A stretch of DNA of 15,014 nt from a virus, in UHGV virus genome UHGV-0136760; one strand, written 5' to 3'. Position 1 is the stretch's first letter; every line of letters begins with the position of its first letter. A program made the translations under genes and the position numbers. Below the pieces are notes generated by a model, which was not told the origin of the DNA, made no database searches, and saw nothing but the letters and a program-made list of their open reading frames with translations. This document shows positions 14,288 through 15,014 of the stretch, piece after piece.

Positions 14288-14771
14288 GCTTCTTTGCTCT
14301 TTTGGTGAAGGTGTAAATTCGACGTTTAATATGCGGGGCAGTCGGTACGGATACGTTTGTGGATTCGATAATGCCTTGCTCTTCAAGAGAGCGAACGGCA
14401 CGCAGGAACTGAGACGCATCGCCGCCACCGGACAGCCAGAATTTACGGGCGTAAATGCTGCCGTTACGGATAATTTCAGCAACGACACGAGACTGGGTTT
14501 GTGTTTCACGATAGGCAAACAGTTGCCGGGCTTCTTCCGGCGTAATAGCCAGTTGATAGCCTTTCCCCTTATGGGCGCGAAGAAAACCAAACGACACCAG
14601 GTGTTTTAGTTCCCTGCGCGTAGTCTCATAACCGTATTCCTGTATCTGGAGATTGAGATCGGCGGGCTTTAGCCATGCTTCCGGCGACTCAGTAAGAAGC
14701 GCCAGCAACTTACCGGATAGCTCAGGGGAGGAAGACGGGTAACAGTTAAGAGATGGGTAATAGTGTTTCAT
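14280..14771 (-). CDS. hypothetical protein with winged-helix-like segments (163 aa)
   Basis: ORF translationally coupled at both ends (ATGA overlap upstream, 8-nt overlap with dut). Helix-turn-helix-like stretches (LKHLVSFGFLRAHKGKGYQL; FLRAVRSLEEQGIIES). Confidence 0.55.
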   Translation of the reverse strand: MKHYYPSLNCYPSSSPELSGKLLALLTESPEAWLKPADLNLQIQEYGYETTRRELKHLVSFGFLRAHKGKGYQLAITPEEARQLFAYRETQTQSRVVAEIIRNGSIYARKFWLSGGGDASQFLRAVRSLEEQGIIESTNVSVPTAPHIKRRIYTFTKRAKKHD

Positions 14772-15007
14772 TTGCGCCCCCTTACTGGATAATGAGAGCG
14801 GGCATCAACCGGAGCAATGAATCCGGTTGTAGGGCGGGAAAATACGAGATCAATCTTCTCGGTCATGGCGCGATAGTTTTCCTGATAGTGGGCCAGGAGT
14901 TTTTCAGCAGCAATGACGGTTACTCGCTGGACGTAGCTTTCAGCTTCGCCCAGGTTTGACCATTTCTTTTCGAGGGTAAGTACAGGTACGGTCTCAAGCC
15001 CTGTCAT
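14768..15007 (-). CDS. hypothetical small protein (79 aa or longer; may be 5'-truncated by the window edge)
   Basis: ORF whose stop overlaps the next start (ATGA). No in-frame stop between the ATG at 15007 and the window end, so the true start may lie outside the window. Confidence 0.4.
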   Translation of the reverse strand: MTGLETVPVLTLEKKWSNLGEAESYVQRVTVIAAEKLLAHYQENYRAMTEKIDLVFSRPTTGFIAPVDARSHYPVRGRK

Positions 15008-15014
15008 GATTCCG

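Noticed and set aside
1-15014. Integrase, attachment site, transposase/IS element, tRNA or rRNA
   Set aside because: No tyrosine or serine recombinase-like ORF, no transposase-like ORF with terminal inverted repeats, and no tRNA-like or rRNA-like sequence recognised. The element's boundaries are outside this window.

Overview
Phage-derived accessory region with enterobacterial-like codon usage, most consistent with an early or accessory segment of a prophage. All calls are from reading the sequence and ORF track by eye; no database search was run, so domain assignments are motif-based. Layout: (1) left edge, two small leftward genes (23-436) and a leftward Ref-like HNH endonuclease gene (678-1283); (2) a long rightward operon (1404-9806) of tightly packed, often overlapping accessory genes (DUF4406-like, a duplicated 214-aa zinc-ribbon paralog pair, lambda-type Ser/Thr phosphatase, DUF968-like, Ead/Ea22-like, a TGT/DpdA-like candidate, DUF551-like, ASCH-like, small secreted and membrane proteins); (3) a small divergent gene pair, then a UmuD'-like gene behind a LexA box, ending at an intrinsic terminator (11224-11252); (4) a convergent leftward operon (15007-11258) encoding a small protein, a winged-helix protein, dUTPase, a DUF2829/Tad2-like fusion protein, an unknown protein and a terminase-large-subunit-like ATPase without a nuclease domain. 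The strongest candidates for something undescribed are the leftward operon in (4) and the TGT/DpdA-like gene. No rRNA, tRNA, CRISPR array, integrase or transposase was seen.
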